Source: Candidatus Eiseniibacteriota bacterium (GTDB taxonomy: Bacteria > Eisenbacteria > RBG-16-71-46 > JABDJR01). From it: a stretch of DNA of 64,000 nucleotides. Position numbers and translations under genes: made by a program. Positions 47,752 to 57,794 of the stretch are shown here, piece after piece (position 1 is the first letter of the stretch; every line of letters starts with the position of its first letter). The notes beneath the pieces are model-generated. The model did not search any database. It saw only the letters and a program-made list of their open reading frames with translations, and was not told the DNA's origin. The stretch is taken from positions 1,184,001 to 1,248,000 of the forward strand of contig CAVXKA010000001.1 in NCBI GenBank assembly GCA_963762255.1, given 5' to 3'.

Positions 47752-48210
47752 TCAGGGCCGGCCGCCGGCCCCCTTCTCGAGACTCCCGTCCGCCCCCACC
47801 TTCACCGCGTCGGGGTTGCTCCCCGCAAGCGACAGAGACCCGCTGTTGACGTTTCCCTGCTGATTCTTGACCTCGTAACGGACAAGCACGCCGTCGAGAT
47901 CGAAGAACAGGCTGGTGGTAGTGCCGGCGACGAAGTAGTTGCCGTAGATCCAGTGGGAGGTGACGTCCTCCGCTTTGACCGGTTCGATGCGCCCGGGCTT
48001 GCCCCAAGCGATTTGCACCATCTCCTGGGTCATGCCGACCATGACCCGGCCGTTCACGAGGGCTTCGGCCATGGCCTCGGAGAGCTCGGGGTGCTCGTCC
48101 ACGTAAAGGCCGCGCTTCATCGCCGCCTTGTCGGTGACCGTACACCCTGCGATCAGCACTCCGATCACGAGCGCGATCAGAACCAGAGTTGGGCGTCCAC
48201 GCATGCTCAT
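47752..48210 (-). CDS. Lipoprotein (BamE/SmpA-like fold)
   Basis: IAGC lipobox, GMTQEMV..WGKP. Confidence 0.65.
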   Translation of the reverse strand: MSMRGRPTLVLIALVIGVLIAGCTVTDKAAMKRGLYVDEHPELSEAMAEALVNGRVMVGMTQEMVQIAWGKPGRIEPVKAEDVTSHWIYGNYFVAGTTTSLFFDLDGVLVRYEVKNQQGNVNSGSLSLAGSNPDAVKVGADGSLEKGAGGRP

Positions 48211-48468
48211 CCCTCCCCGACACCGAGCCACCGGCGAGGCAACTGTGACTCGACGCCGGAAGATCCCCCCTGGGCTGGGAATGAACCTCGCCAGGTGGGG
48301 CCGTGAACCCCTCCGGAGTGCGGAGGGTTCAAGTCCGGCCTGCATCTCTCCGATGCACAACCTGGACCGATCGACCACCCCACGATCCGAGGCTACTCCC
48401 GGGGGGGCGTTGGAACAACGGAATTAACGACATACGGCCTGCGATCCGCTATATCGGAGGTTTCTGAC

Positions 48469-50187
48469 ATGGTTCTAACCCCCAGGAATTGGGGGACTTC
48501 CCCCGCTCTTTGGGTCATTTGCCTCGGTCTTCTCCTGGCGGGACTGGCCGTTGCCCTGTTCTCGGACATGGCTGCCGACCCCCCCTTGGGTCCCTCCACT
48601 TACGAGGGACAGTTGCTCCTGGGAGCGCGGGCCAGGATTCCCGGACAGGACATTCCGCCGAGCCCTTGGGAACCCGAACTCCTGTCCCCGCTCCAGGCGC
48701 GCCTGGACGCGTGGGCCTTCCAAACGTTCGGCGTGACCGTGGAGAGCGCTCGCGGCATGAGCGCTCTTCTCGCGCTGGGCGTGGTGGCGCTCTTCTTCCT
48801 GCTGCTGCGTCGATCCATGGGTCCACTCGCCGCGTTCCTGGCCGCGCTCTTCCTGAGCGTGAACCCCGTCTTCTTCGCCGTGGCGCGCACGGCTCAGCCC
48901 TCCGTCATGTCCATGTTCCTCATGCTGGTCACCGTCGGGCTATGGATGGCAGGCGCGCGCCGAGGCCTCGCCGCGTTCGCCGCAGGCCTCTTCCTCGTGC
49001 TGGCCGGTCTCGTCGAGAACGGCATCACCAGCGTCTTCTTCCTGATGGCGGGCGGGCTCATGGCGATCTTTGTGCGGATGCACGCGTGGAAGATGGCGTG
49101 GCATCCGCACACGCGGCGCCGACTTCAACTCTTCGGCGCTGGGTTCCTGATCGCGGCCATTGCCTACTTCATCTTCGTCATGGCGCATTGGCAAGGATTC
49201 GGCACCATGTGGAGCCACCTCACCCGCCTCTCGCTCCGGATCATGGTCGCCAACATCGTGTTCTCGCCGGCCTACGTGGCGAAGATGGTCCGGCACATGC
49301 CGATTACCGCCGCGGTCGCGCTTGCCTATTTTCTCTTCTTCGCCAAGGGCGCGGTTCGGCCGCTGGCGCGTCACCGGCGCCTCGACGAGACCCGCCTCTG
49401 GATCCTTGCCTGGCTGCTGGCCGGCGTTCCTTTCTTCGTTCTTCGGGGCGACCTGAATCTCTATGCCCTCATCCTGCTCGTCCCGCCTCTCTCGGCCCTG
49501 GCCGCCGAGGGGATCGTGCGACTCTTTGCCCTTCGGCGATTCGAGCGCCCGAAGATCGACGTCATGATCGTCATGCTCCTCATCGCCGGAACCACGTGGT
49601 TCGTGGTGGCATGGCTCGTGACCCGGTCGCTCGGCCAGATGACCCTTTCCGGCTACTGGGCGGAGCACGGGCTGCGCGCCGCCACGCTCGCCGTGTCGGT
49701 GGGTTGGGCGGTGGTCACCTGCATCCTGGGCTGGCTGTATCTCCACTGGAGGCGGTTCACCGTGCCTCTACGCCCCGTTCCCGTGACCGTGCTCGCGATC
49801 GCGCTGACCGCCGGCATCATCGGGCACGGAGTGGAGGAAAGCTGGGCGTGGTGGCGTCATCGCACCCACGATGTGCGCGACACCTCGGCCCTGGTGGAGG
49901 GGTTGTCGAGCCGAGCCCTTGTCGTGGGTTCCTGGGCTCCGATGGTCACGCTCGGACACCCGGCACGAGCCGGCGTCATCTGGCCCGGTGTCAGCCCGGA
50001 GGATGAGGGATGGTACGGCGAGGTGACCCACCTGCTCTTGCAGGAGGGACGCGAAACCGATCCGGCGCTTGCTCCCCTGCGGCTCTTCACCGTCGCCGGC
50101 GGAGGGCCCGGCGTGCGCCGTCTTCCCGCCGCAGCGAAGATCCGGGGGGACGAAATAGCGCTTTTCGAGGTGCTCGGCCGGCCCTGA
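48469..50187 (+). CDS. GT-C-like multi-TM membrane protein
   Basis: Many TMs with an ArnT-like N-terminal pattern. Confidence 0.6.
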   Translation: MVLTPRNWGTSPALWVICLGLLLAGLAVALFSDMAADPPLGPSTYEGQLLLGARARIPGQDIPPSPWEPELLSPLQARLDAWAFQTFGVTVESARGMSALLALGVVALFFLLLRRSMGPLAAFLAALFLSVNPVFFAVARTAQPSVMSMFLMLVTVGLWMAGARRGLAAFAAGLFLVLAGLVENGITSVFFLMAGGLMAIFVRMHAWKMAWHPHTRRRLQLFGAGFLIAAIAYFIFVMAHWQGFGTMWSHLTRLSLRIMVANIVFSPAYVAKMVRHMPITAAVALAYFLFFAKGAVRPLARHRRLDETRLWILAWLLAGVPFFVLRGDLNLYALILLVPPLSALAAEGIVRLFALRRFERPKIDVMIVMLLIAGTTWFVVAWLVTRSLGQMTLSGYWAEHGLRAATLAVSVGWAVVTCILGWLYLHWRRFTVPLRPVPVTVLAIALTAGIIGHGVEESWAWWRHRTHDVRDTSALVEGLSSRALVVGSWAPMVTLGHPARAGVIWPGVSPEDEGWYGEVTHLLLQEGRETDPALAPLRLFTVAGGGPGVRRLPAAAKIRGDEIALFEVLGRP

Positions 50188-50234
50188 CCCTCGGTGCTTG
50201 TGGCGCCCCTTCCACGGGCCTATACTCGCGCGCC

Positions 50235-50663
50235 ATGCCCGGAAGACGTTTGGCAACCGACGAGGATCTCGCGGCCCTTCTCCGCACGGTGAAGACCGTG
50301 GCGGTTGTGGGCCTCTCCCCCCATGCGGACCGCGACAGTCATCGCGTGGCCGCATACCTGCAGCGGGCGGGGTACCGCATCCTGCCGATCCATCCGGCGG
50401 CGGTCTCCATCCTCGGGGAGCAGAGCTATCCCTCCCTCGCCGCCATCCCACGCGACGTGCACGTAGATCTGGTCGACGTGTTCCGGCGACCGGACGCGTT
50501 GCCCGCGGTGGTGGAGGACGCGATCGGGCTCCGTCCGCCAACGCTCTGGTTCCAATTCGGGGTGACCCATCCCGAGGCTGAAGCGGCGGCGCTTGCCGCG
50601 GGCATGGACCTCGTCGTGGATCGCTGCCTCATGGTCGAGCATCGCCGGCTCTTGGCCGGGTGA
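50235..50663 (+). CDS. CoA-binding protein (YccU-like)
   Basis: VAVVGLS..RDSHRVA, VDVFR, DRCLMVEH. Confidence 0.9.
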   Translation: MPGRRLATDEDLAALLRTVKTVAVVGLSPHADRDSHRVAAYLQRAGYRILPIHPAAVSILGEQSYPSLAAIPRDVHVDLVDVFRRPDALPAVVEDAIGLRPPTLWFQFGVTHPEAEAAALAAGMDLVVDRCLMVEHRRLLAG

Positions 50664-52078
50664 TGGAGGGTCGCCTCGTGAAGAAGATCGCCACGCTGCT
50701 TGCACTCCTGTTCGCTTCGGCACCGACGGCTGCGTGGGCGTCGGAGGGATCCGCGGCTGGGGAGCACGCGGCCGTCGTACCGCCCGTTTGGACGATTTCC
50801 TTCTTCGTGGCCATGCTGTTGGCCATTGCACTGATTCCTCTTGGCCGACTCCATCACTGGTGGGAGAGCAACCTGCACAAACTCTATGTGGCCCTGTTGC
50901 TCGGCGCCTATCCGGCGTACTACTACCTGGCCCATGAGCCGCATGTCATCGGCCGCGTGATGATCTTCGAGTACGTACCCTTCATCGTCCTTCTCGGGAG
51001 CCTCTTCATGATCTCGGGAGGGGTTCGCGTCACCGGCGATCTTCGGGCGGACCCGCGCACCAACACTGTCTTCCTCGCCATTGGAGCAGTGTTTGCTTCG
51101 CTCATCGGCACCACCGGCGCCAGCATGCTTCTTATCCGGCCGCTCTTGCAGACCAACCGGGAGCGGCAGCACAAAGTCCACACGGTCGTGTTCTTCATCT
51201 TCCTGGTCTCCAACATCGGAGGCTCGCTCCTTCCCATCGGGGATCCCCCGCTCTTCCTGGGGTACCTGGCCGGAATCCCGTTCTTCTGGACGCTGCAGCT
51301 CTGGAAGATCTGGTTGCCGACCTGCGGTTTTCTCCTTGCGCTCTACTACTTTCTCGACCGTGTGTACTACAAGCGGGAGCTGCCGGAGGCGCGCACCTGG
51401 GATCGCACCGCGCTGGAGCCGATCCGCATTCGCGGAGCCCGCAATTTCATCTGGCTGGGCGGTGTGGTGGCATCGGTGGTCTTCATGCACGAGCACGCGC
51501 CGTTCGCGCTCCTGCGCATCCCGTTCATGAGAGAAGCCACCATGCTGGTCATGGTGGCGCTGGCTTTCGCGACTTCTCCGCGGCGAAACTGGACCGAGAA
51601 TCGGTTCACATTCGGTCCGATCCTCGAGGTGGCCGCGCTCTTCATCGGCATCTTCCTCACGATGGTGCCCGCCCTGGCCATCCTCCGCGCGCGAGGGGGA
51701 GAGTTGGGGGTCGACAACCCGATGAAGTTCTTCTGGGGGTCAGGCAGTCTGTCGAGCTTCCTCGACAACGCCCCGACCTACCTCGTTTTCTTCAAGACCG
51801 CATCCGGGGCGGTGGCCTCAGGGGCCATGCCCGCGGTCGAGTTGGTGGGAAGCGGCGTGGACAAGGTCCCGGCGCACATCCTCATGGCCATCTCCGCCGG
51901 CTCGGTGTTCATGGGCGCCAACAGCTACATCGGGAACGGGCCTAACTTCATGGTGAAGGCCATCGCCGAGGAGTCCGGGGTGCGCATGCCCTCGTTCCTG
52001 GGCTACATGAAGTGGTCCGTGGGCATCCTCATCCCGACCTTCATCCTGGTGAGCCTGATCTTCTTCCGGGGCAACTGA
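50660..52078 (+). CDS. Putative Na+/H+ antiporter (IT superfamily)
   Basis: IGTTGASMLL, PIGDPPLFLG, SSFLDNAPTY, YIGNGPNFM. Confidence 0.85.
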   Translation: MMEGRLVKKIATLLALLFASAPTAAWASEGSAAGEHAAVVPPVWTISFFVAMLLAIALIPLGRLHHWWESNLHKLYVALLLGAYPAYYYLAHEPHVIGRVMIFEYVPFIVLLGSLFMISGGVRVTGDLRADPRTNTVFLAIGAVFASLIGTTGASMLLIRPLLQTNRERQHKVHTVVFFIFLVSNIGGSLLPIGDPPLFLGYLAGIPFFWTLQLWKIWLPTCGFLLALYYFLDRVYYKRELPEARTWDRTALEPIRIRGARNFIWLGGVVASVVFMHEHAPFALLRIPFMREATMLVMVALAFATSPRRNWTENRFTFGPILEVAALFIGIFLTMVPALAILRARGGELGVDNPMKFFWGSGSLSSFLDNAPTYLVFFKTASGAVASGAMPAVELVGSGVDKVPAHILMAISAGSVFMGANSYIGNGPNFMVKAIAEESGVRMPSFLGYMKWSVGILIPTFILVSLIFFRGN

Positions 52079-52254
52079 GGCCTGGATCGGCCCCTCGGAG
52101 AGCATCACCCTGTGGTAGAATTATGCGCGGCTCGATGTCCCTGTTTGTCCGCGAGCTACGTGACCCCGTTGCGTCGGCGGCGATTTCGTCCCGCCACCGC
52201 CGTGCGCGCCCAAGACGTGCTTTGAACCTGCGCTCATCCCAAGGGAGCACCTCA

Positions 52255-55200
52255 ATGCTGAAACGCACTGCTTTGGTCGTTTTCCTGATCCTGGCCGTCT
52301 TCCTGACAGGGACGGTTCCCGCCTCGGCGGGTCCCGAGAAGGTCAGCCCGCTGCTGCGCAAGTACACGAACCCCGGCATGGAGGTCGCGGTCGACGCGCG
52401 GGCGATGCACCAGGTCGAAGGGGTGATGGGCGCCGCTTCGAGCACAGGGATCCGCTGCCTGATCCAGGGCGACGTGACCCGCGCGCAGCTCGAGGCGCTC
52501 GGGGTACAGGTCGGAACCCAGGCTGGGACCGTGTTCACGGCCGTCATCCCGGAGGACCGCATCCTCGAGGTTTCGGACCTTCCTGGACTCGTCCGTATCG
52601 AGGCCGCCCGGAAGGTGACGCCGAACCTCGATGTGGCCCTGAGCGAGACGCAGATCGAGCCCAAGGTCCACGGGGCCGCTTTACCGCCCTATCCGGTCAC
52701 CGGCAACACCGGAGCCGGCGTCGTAGTCGGCGAAGTGGACTCCGGGTTCGACTACAAGCACGCGGACTTCCGCACCGACGCCGGGCTGAGCCGCTTCGAG
52801 AGCATTTGGGACCAGTCCGTGGCCACCGTCAACCCACCGTCCGGTTTCACCTACGGGCGGGAGTGGCTGAAGAGCACGCTGGACAACCAGACCTCGACGA
52901 CCACCGACACCAACGGCCACGGCACCCACACCATGGGAATCGCCGGCGGCAACGGCCGAGGGACGGGCAATTCCCAGCCGCAGTATCAGTACATCGGGGT
53001 CGCCCCCGAGGCCACGCTGGTCGGCGTGAAGACCGACTACAGCGACGCGGGCATCATCGACGGCGTGGACTACATCTTCCAGAAGGCCGCCGGCCTGGGC
53101 ATGAACGCGGTGGTGAACATCAGCCTGGGCGGTCAGTTCGGACCGCATGACGGGACCGACCCCTTCGATGTCGGCATCAGCAACCTCACCGGCGCCGGGA
53201 AGATCGTGGTCGTCGCCGCCGGAAACGAACGGGCCGAGCAAATTCACGCACGCGGTCAGATCCCCACGGCGGGATCGCCCACCACGCTGGACTTCCTCTT
53301 CACCCTGGACCCCTACACCAAGCTGGCCCTCACCCAGAACGACCTCGTTCTGTTCGACGGCTACTACGAGAGCACCGACAACTACTCGGTGACGGTGATC
53401 GGACCCACCGGCCAGACCCTTGGGCCGGTCGCGCGCGGCGTGTTCAATTCGATAGATTCGTCAGACGGCGCGATCCAGATCGACAACGGGACGGCCACCA
53501 GCTCGACCGGCGACTACGAGGTGTTCATCGCCCTCTTCGACAACAACAACCTGCGCCCCCCGAAGGCGGGGGTGTGGACCATCCGCTACACGCGGGTGAC
53601 CTCCACCAACTCGAAAATCGACCTCTGGAACTACTACACGGCAAGCCACATGGCCGGGCGATTCACGAGCTCCTACACCCCCGACGTCACCGTCGGCTCG
53701 CCTGGAAGTGCCCTGTCGGCGATCACCGTCGCCGCGTATACCGGCAAGTCGACGTGGTTGTCGATCGACGGGAACACGTACTCGTGGAGCCCGCTGCCCA
53801 CCCTGGGCGCGATCGCTTCTTTCTCGAGTCGCGGCCCACTGCGGGACGGAACGCAGAAGCCCGACATCACGGGGCCCGGGTTCGGCGTCGTGTCCGCGTT
53901 ATCATCCGGTGTCGTCACCACCGGTCTCCAGCCCTATATCGTTCCGGACGGCAAGCACTGGATCCAAGCGGGGACGAGCATGTCGACGCCGATGGTGACG
54001 GGACTCGCGGCGCTCATGCTCAAGAAGGAGGGCGCGATCACGCCCGCGCAGATGAAGACGGAGCTCAACACCACCGCCCGTACCGATGCCTACACCGGTG
54101 CCGTGCCCAACTACGATTGGGGTTACGGCAAGATGAACGGCAAGTCGGCGGACATGACTGCGCCCGTGGTGACGGTGTCCGCGCCGAACGGGGCGGAGGT
54201 GCTCACCGCCGGGACGAGTTCCAACATCACGTGGTCCGCGACCGACAACTTCGCGGTGACCACGGTGGATCTCTACTACTCCACCGACAGCGGCGTGACG
54301 TTCCCGAACGTGATTGCCACCGGCGAGACCAACGACGGCACCTACGCCTGGACGGTGCCCTCGACGGCGACCACCACCGCGCGCGTCAAGGTCGTCGCCA
54401 ACGATGCGGGAGGCAATGCGGGCGAGGATCAGAGCAACGCGAACTTCACGATCCTCCTGCCCGACGTGATCGATCCCGTGGTGACCGTGACCGCTCCGAA
54501 CGGGGCGGAGGTGCTCACCGCCGGTACGAGTTCCAACATCACGTGGATCGCGACCGACAACGTCGCGGTGACCACGGTGGATCTCTACTACTCCACCGAT
54601 AGCGGCGCGACGTTCCCGAACCTGATCGCCTCCGGCGAGGCCAACGACAGCACCTACGCATGGACAGTGCCCTCGACGGCAACCGCCGCCGCGCGCGTCA
54701 AGGTCGTGGCCCACGACGCCGCCGCCAACTCGGGCGAGGACCAGAGCGACGCGGATTTCACGATCCTCCTGCCCGACGTGACCGCGCCCGTGGTGACGGT
54801 GAGTGCGCCCAACGGGGCCGAGAACCTGCTCGCCGGCACCTCGTTCGACGTTACCTGGACCGCGACCGACAGCGTCGGGGTGACGACCGTGGATCTCTCC
54901 TACTCCATCGATGGCGGGGCGACGTTCCCCAACGTGATCGCCACCGGCGAAGCCAACGACGGCACGTATGCATGGACCGTCCCCTCGACGGCAACCACCG
55001 CCGCGCGCGTCAAGGTCGTGGCCCACGACGCCGCCGCCAACTCGGGCGAGGACCAGAGCGATGCGGATTTCACGATCCGCCTGCCCGACACCACGCCGCC
55101 CACGGTGACGGTAACCGCTCCCAACGGCGGCGAAGTCATTCAGGAGGGCTCGAACACCGATATCACCTGGACGGCGAACGACACGGGATTGAAGCCGGGC

Positions 55201-55746
55201 GGCTTGACCGGTCTGGCCGCGGCCATCGCCGGCATCGACTCGGTGACGATCGCATACTCGCTCAACAACGGTTCGACCTGGACGGTGATCGCCACAGGCG
55301 AGAGCAACGACGGGACCTACGCGTGGACGCTTCCGATGGCGTCCTCGGATAGCGCACTCGTGCGCGTCGCCGCTTACGACACGACCGGGAACTCCGGGAG
55401 CGACGTGAGCGACGCGGTCTTCCGCATTACCTCTTCGACCGGGGTCGGCGATCCGATCATGCCGGTGGCGTTGACCCTTTCGCCCGCCCACCCCAATCCG
55501 CTGACCGGTGCGGGCACCGCCATCTCCTTCGGGCTTACGCGTGAAGGATCCGTCTCCCTGAACGTCTTCGACGCCACGGGACGGCGGGTGGCCGCGCTTG
55601 CCGGCGGCTCCTACCCGGAGGGGTTCCACACCGTGGTCTGGAATGGGCGGCGTGAGGACGGCAGCCGGGCGCCTGCCGGGGTCTATTTCTATCGCCTGGT
55701 CACCCCCGAGGGGTCGCGAAGCCAGCGCCTCATGGTTCTGCGTTGA
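52255..55746 (+). CDS. Secreted S8 serine peptidase with tandem Ig-like repeats and FlgD-like C-terminus
   Basis: VDSG, GHGTH, GTSMS catalytic triad; four 104-aa repeats; C-terminal PNP..VFDATGRRV..GVYFYRL. Confidence 0.92.
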   Translation: MLKRTALVVFLILAVFLTGTVPASAGPEKVSPLLRKYTNPGMEVAVDARAMHQVEGVMGAASSTGIRCLIQGDVTRAQLEALGVQVGTQAGTVFTAVIPEDRILEVSDLPGLVRIEAARKVTPNLDVALSETQIEPKVHGAALPPYPVTGNTGAGVVVGEVDSGFDYKHADFRTDAGLSRFESIWDQSVATVNPPSGFTYGREWLKSTLDNQTSTTTDTNGHGTHTMGIAGGNGRGTGNSQPQYQYIGVAPEATLVGVKTDYSDAGIIDGVDYIFQKAAGLGMNAVVNISLGGQFGPHDGTDPFDVGISNLTGAGKIVVVAAGNERAEQIHARGQIPTAGSPTTLDFLFTLDPYTKLALTQNDLVLFDGYYESTDNYSVTVIGPTGQTLGPVARGVFNSIDSSDGAIQIDNGTATSSTGDYEVFIALFDNNNLRPPKAGVWTIRYTRVTSTNSKIDLWNYYTASHMAGRFTSSYTPDVTVGSPGSALSAITVAAYTGKSTWLSIDGNTYSWSPLPTLGAIASFSSRGPLRDGTQKPDITGPGFGVVSALSSGVVTTGLQPYIVPDGKHWIQAGTSMSTPMVTGLAALMLKKEGAITPAQMKTELNTTARTDAYTGAVPNYDWGYGKMNGKSADMTAPVVTVSAPNGAEVLTAGTSSNITWSATDNFAVTTVDLYYSTDSGVTFPNVIATGETNDGTYAWTVPSTATTTARVKVVANDAGGNAGEDQSNANFTILLPDVIDPVVTVTAPNGAEVLTAGTSSNITWIATDNVAVTTVDLYYSTDSGATFPNLIASGEANDSTYAWTVPSTATAAARVKVVAHDAAANSGEDQSDADFTILLPDVTAPVVTVSAPNGAENLLAGTSFDVTWTATDSVGVTTVDLSYSIDGGATFPNVIATGEANDGTYAWTVPSTATTAARVKVVAHDAAANSGEDQSDADFTIRLPDTTPPTVTVTAPNGGEVIQEGSNTDITWTANDTGLKPGGLTGLAAAIAGIDSVTIAYSLNNGSTWTVIATGESNDGTYAWTLPMASSDSALVRVAAYDTTGNSGSDVSDAVFRITSSTGVGDPIMPVALTLSPAHPNPLTGAGTAISFGLTREGSVSLNVFDATGRRVAALAGGSYPEGFHTVVWNGRREDGSRAPAGVYFYRLVTPEGSRSQRLMVLR
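54151..55435 (+). repeat. Intragenic 312-bp tandem repeats (3 close + 1 diverged)
   Basis: Units start at 54151, 54463, 54775 and 55087. Confidence 0.9.
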
Positions 55747-55766
55747 CCGCGTAGGGCTTGTGGAGA

Positions 55767-55800
55767 GCCGGGGCGGCCCGTGCCGCCCCGGTTTTCTTTT
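55767..55800 (+). terminator. Intrinsic terminator after the S8 peptidase gene
   Basis: CCGGGCGGC-ccgt-GCCGCCCCGG followed by TTTTCTTTT. Confidence 0.75.
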
Positions 55801-55903
55801 GCCCTTGAGGGCCTCCGGTCGGGTTGCCATGATGGGACGGCTTTCTCGGCCGACCCCGGTCCGTCCGGATCAGTGCAGGGCCCCGAACCCAGAGTAGTCG
55901 TCC

Positions 55904-57733
55904 ATGAAGACACCCACCGCCAGCCAGCCGATCTTCCAGGAGCGCCGCGAACGATTGTTCGCGGCCGGGGTCCTTCTGGCCGGCTTGGTGCTACGGCTTC
56001 TCCTCTGGAGAACTCAACCGTTCGTCTCCGTGGATGGCACGACCTACATCCGGCTCGCCCGGGCGTTGAGCGGGGACGTTGCCTTCGATTCGGTCATGCC
56101 CCCCGGCTACCCCGCTCTCATCCTGATTTTCCAGACCGTGGCTCGCGATTGGGTGACCGCTGCGCGGCTCGTGGATCTCGTCGCGGGGCTCGCGCTGATC
56201 CCGCTGACCTGGCTGCTGGCTCGTGCCTACGTCTCGCGTTGGTGGTTGCGGCTCGCTCCCGCGGTGGCGGTGGCGGCGCTCCCGTTGCCCGTGCGGTACT
56301 CGCTGACCACGATGAGCGAGGCGCCGTATCTCGCCCTGCTGCTTGGCGCGTTCGTGCTGGCCGCGCGACGGCGGGACTTCCCGACCGGGCTTCTCGGCGG
56401 GCTCGCGTATCTGGTGCGCCCCGAGGCGTTGACCGCAACCTTGGCGCTGGCACTGGTGCGCTGGCGGCGGCCTCGGCGCGCCGCGCTGGTGCTGGCCGGT
56501 CTCGCCCTCGTCGTCGCCCCCGTGCTGGTGATGCAGGGCGTCACGAGCGGGGTCTGGAGCATCACGCGCAAGACGAACAATCTCGGGGGCTCGGCGTGGT
56601 GGCAGAACGAGCCGCTCGCGTCCGGCGTGGAGCAGCCCGGCGCAGCCGCGGATCGCCTGCGCGAGTACGGCAGCGAATCCCTCGCGTCCTATCCCCGCCG
56701 CCTGGCCGGGTACGCGTGGCATACGGTTCGGCATGGGGGATGGGTCGTTCCGGCACTCGGCCTGGCCGGTCTGGCCTCGCCGGCAGCCCCGCTCGGCGCG
56801 GGGCTCGTGCAGTTCCTGATCACGCCCGCCTTTGCGCTCGGGAACAACCCGCGATTCATTCTGCCCTACCTCCCGTTCCTGTGGATTCTGGCGGCCGTGT
56901 TTCTGGATCGCGCAGGTCGAAGGGCGAGGCTTGGTCTCGGCGCGCTCTGCATCGCAGGGCTGGTCGCCACCGGCGCCGTCGAAGCCCCCGGCTACCGAGT
57001 GCAGGAGGACGGCACCTTCCCCGAGCTGGTCGAAGTAGGGCGCTGGCTCGCGCCTCACGTGCGATCCGGGACCGTGATCTACGATCGCAAGCCCTACGCC
57101 GCGTTCTATGCCGGCGCCGCGTATCGAGCGATCCCGCTCGGGACCTACGACGAAATGCTCGACGCGATCGTGCGCGACGGCGGGGATTTCCTTGTCGTGG
57201 ACCAGGCGGTCGTGGACTTCTTCCGTCCCGAGCTCTTGCCGCTCGTCCTGGACAAGGGCTTTGTGGGGAACGAACCGAGGCTCAGGCCGGTGCACTTGAA
57301 CCTCAAGTACCGCGATCGCGCGACGGTCGTGTACAGGGTCGTCCGACCGGGTGGCCCCCAACCCCTGCCCGACGAAAGAGGGATCAGGGAGCAGTTGGCG
57401 CAGATCACTCATCAGGAGAACCATTTCCCCCACGGCATCCTGGCCATGCGCGGGGAGCACTGGCAGGTGGCGGCGGGCGAGTTCGCCTACGCGATCAGCG
57501 CCGACAGCAGCAACTCGGCGGCGTTCAACAATCGCGCGTGGTGCCTCTTGCAGGCGGACATGGCCCTGCCGAGCGCGGAATCCGACGCCCGCCGCGCCAC
57601 CGCGCTCGATCCCGAGAACCCGGACTATCTCGACACGCTCATCGCGGTGCTGCGCCGAGTGGGCAAGGGCGAGGAGGCCGATCGACTGGTCGCGAGGCTG
57701 GAAGCATTGGAAGCGCGGCGGGGAGGCCGCTGA
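55904..57733 (+). CDS. GT-C-like membrane protein with C-terminal TPR
   Basis: DGTTY, PPGYPAL, multiple TMs; NNRAW..YLDTL TPR. Confidence 0.7.
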   Translation: MKTPTASQPIFQERRERLFAAGVLLAGLVLRLLLWRTQPFVSVDGTTYIRLARALSGDVAFDSVMPPGYPALILIFQTVARDWVTAARLVDLVAGLALIPLTWLLARAYVSRWWLRLAPAVAVAALPLPVRYSLTTMSEAPYLALLLGAFVLAARRRDFPTGLLGGLAYLVRPEALTATLALALVRWRRPRRAALVLAGLALVVAPVLVMQGVTSGVWSITRKTNNLGGSAWWQNEPLASGVEQPGAAADRLREYGSESLASYPRRLAGYAWHTVRHGGWVVPALGLAGLASPAAPLGAGLVQFLITPAFALGNNPRFILPYLPFLWILAAVFLDRAGRRARLGLGALCIAGLVATGAVEAPGYRVQEDGTFPELVEVGRWLAPHVRSGTVIYDRKPYAAFYAGAAYRAIPLGTYDEMLDAIVRDGGDFLVVDQAVVDFFRPELLPLVLDKGFVGNEPRLRPVHLNLKYRDRATVVYRVVRPGGPQPLPDERGIREQLAQITHQENHFPHGILAMRGEHWQVAAGEFAYAISADSSNSAAFNNRAWCLLQADMALPSAESDARRATALDPENPDYLDTLIAVLRRVGKGEEADRLVARLEALEARRGGR

Positions 57734-57794
57734 CGACGCGGTATCTCTACGCCTCGGAATCGGCGGCGGAGGTATACTTGCTCCCGAGCACACG

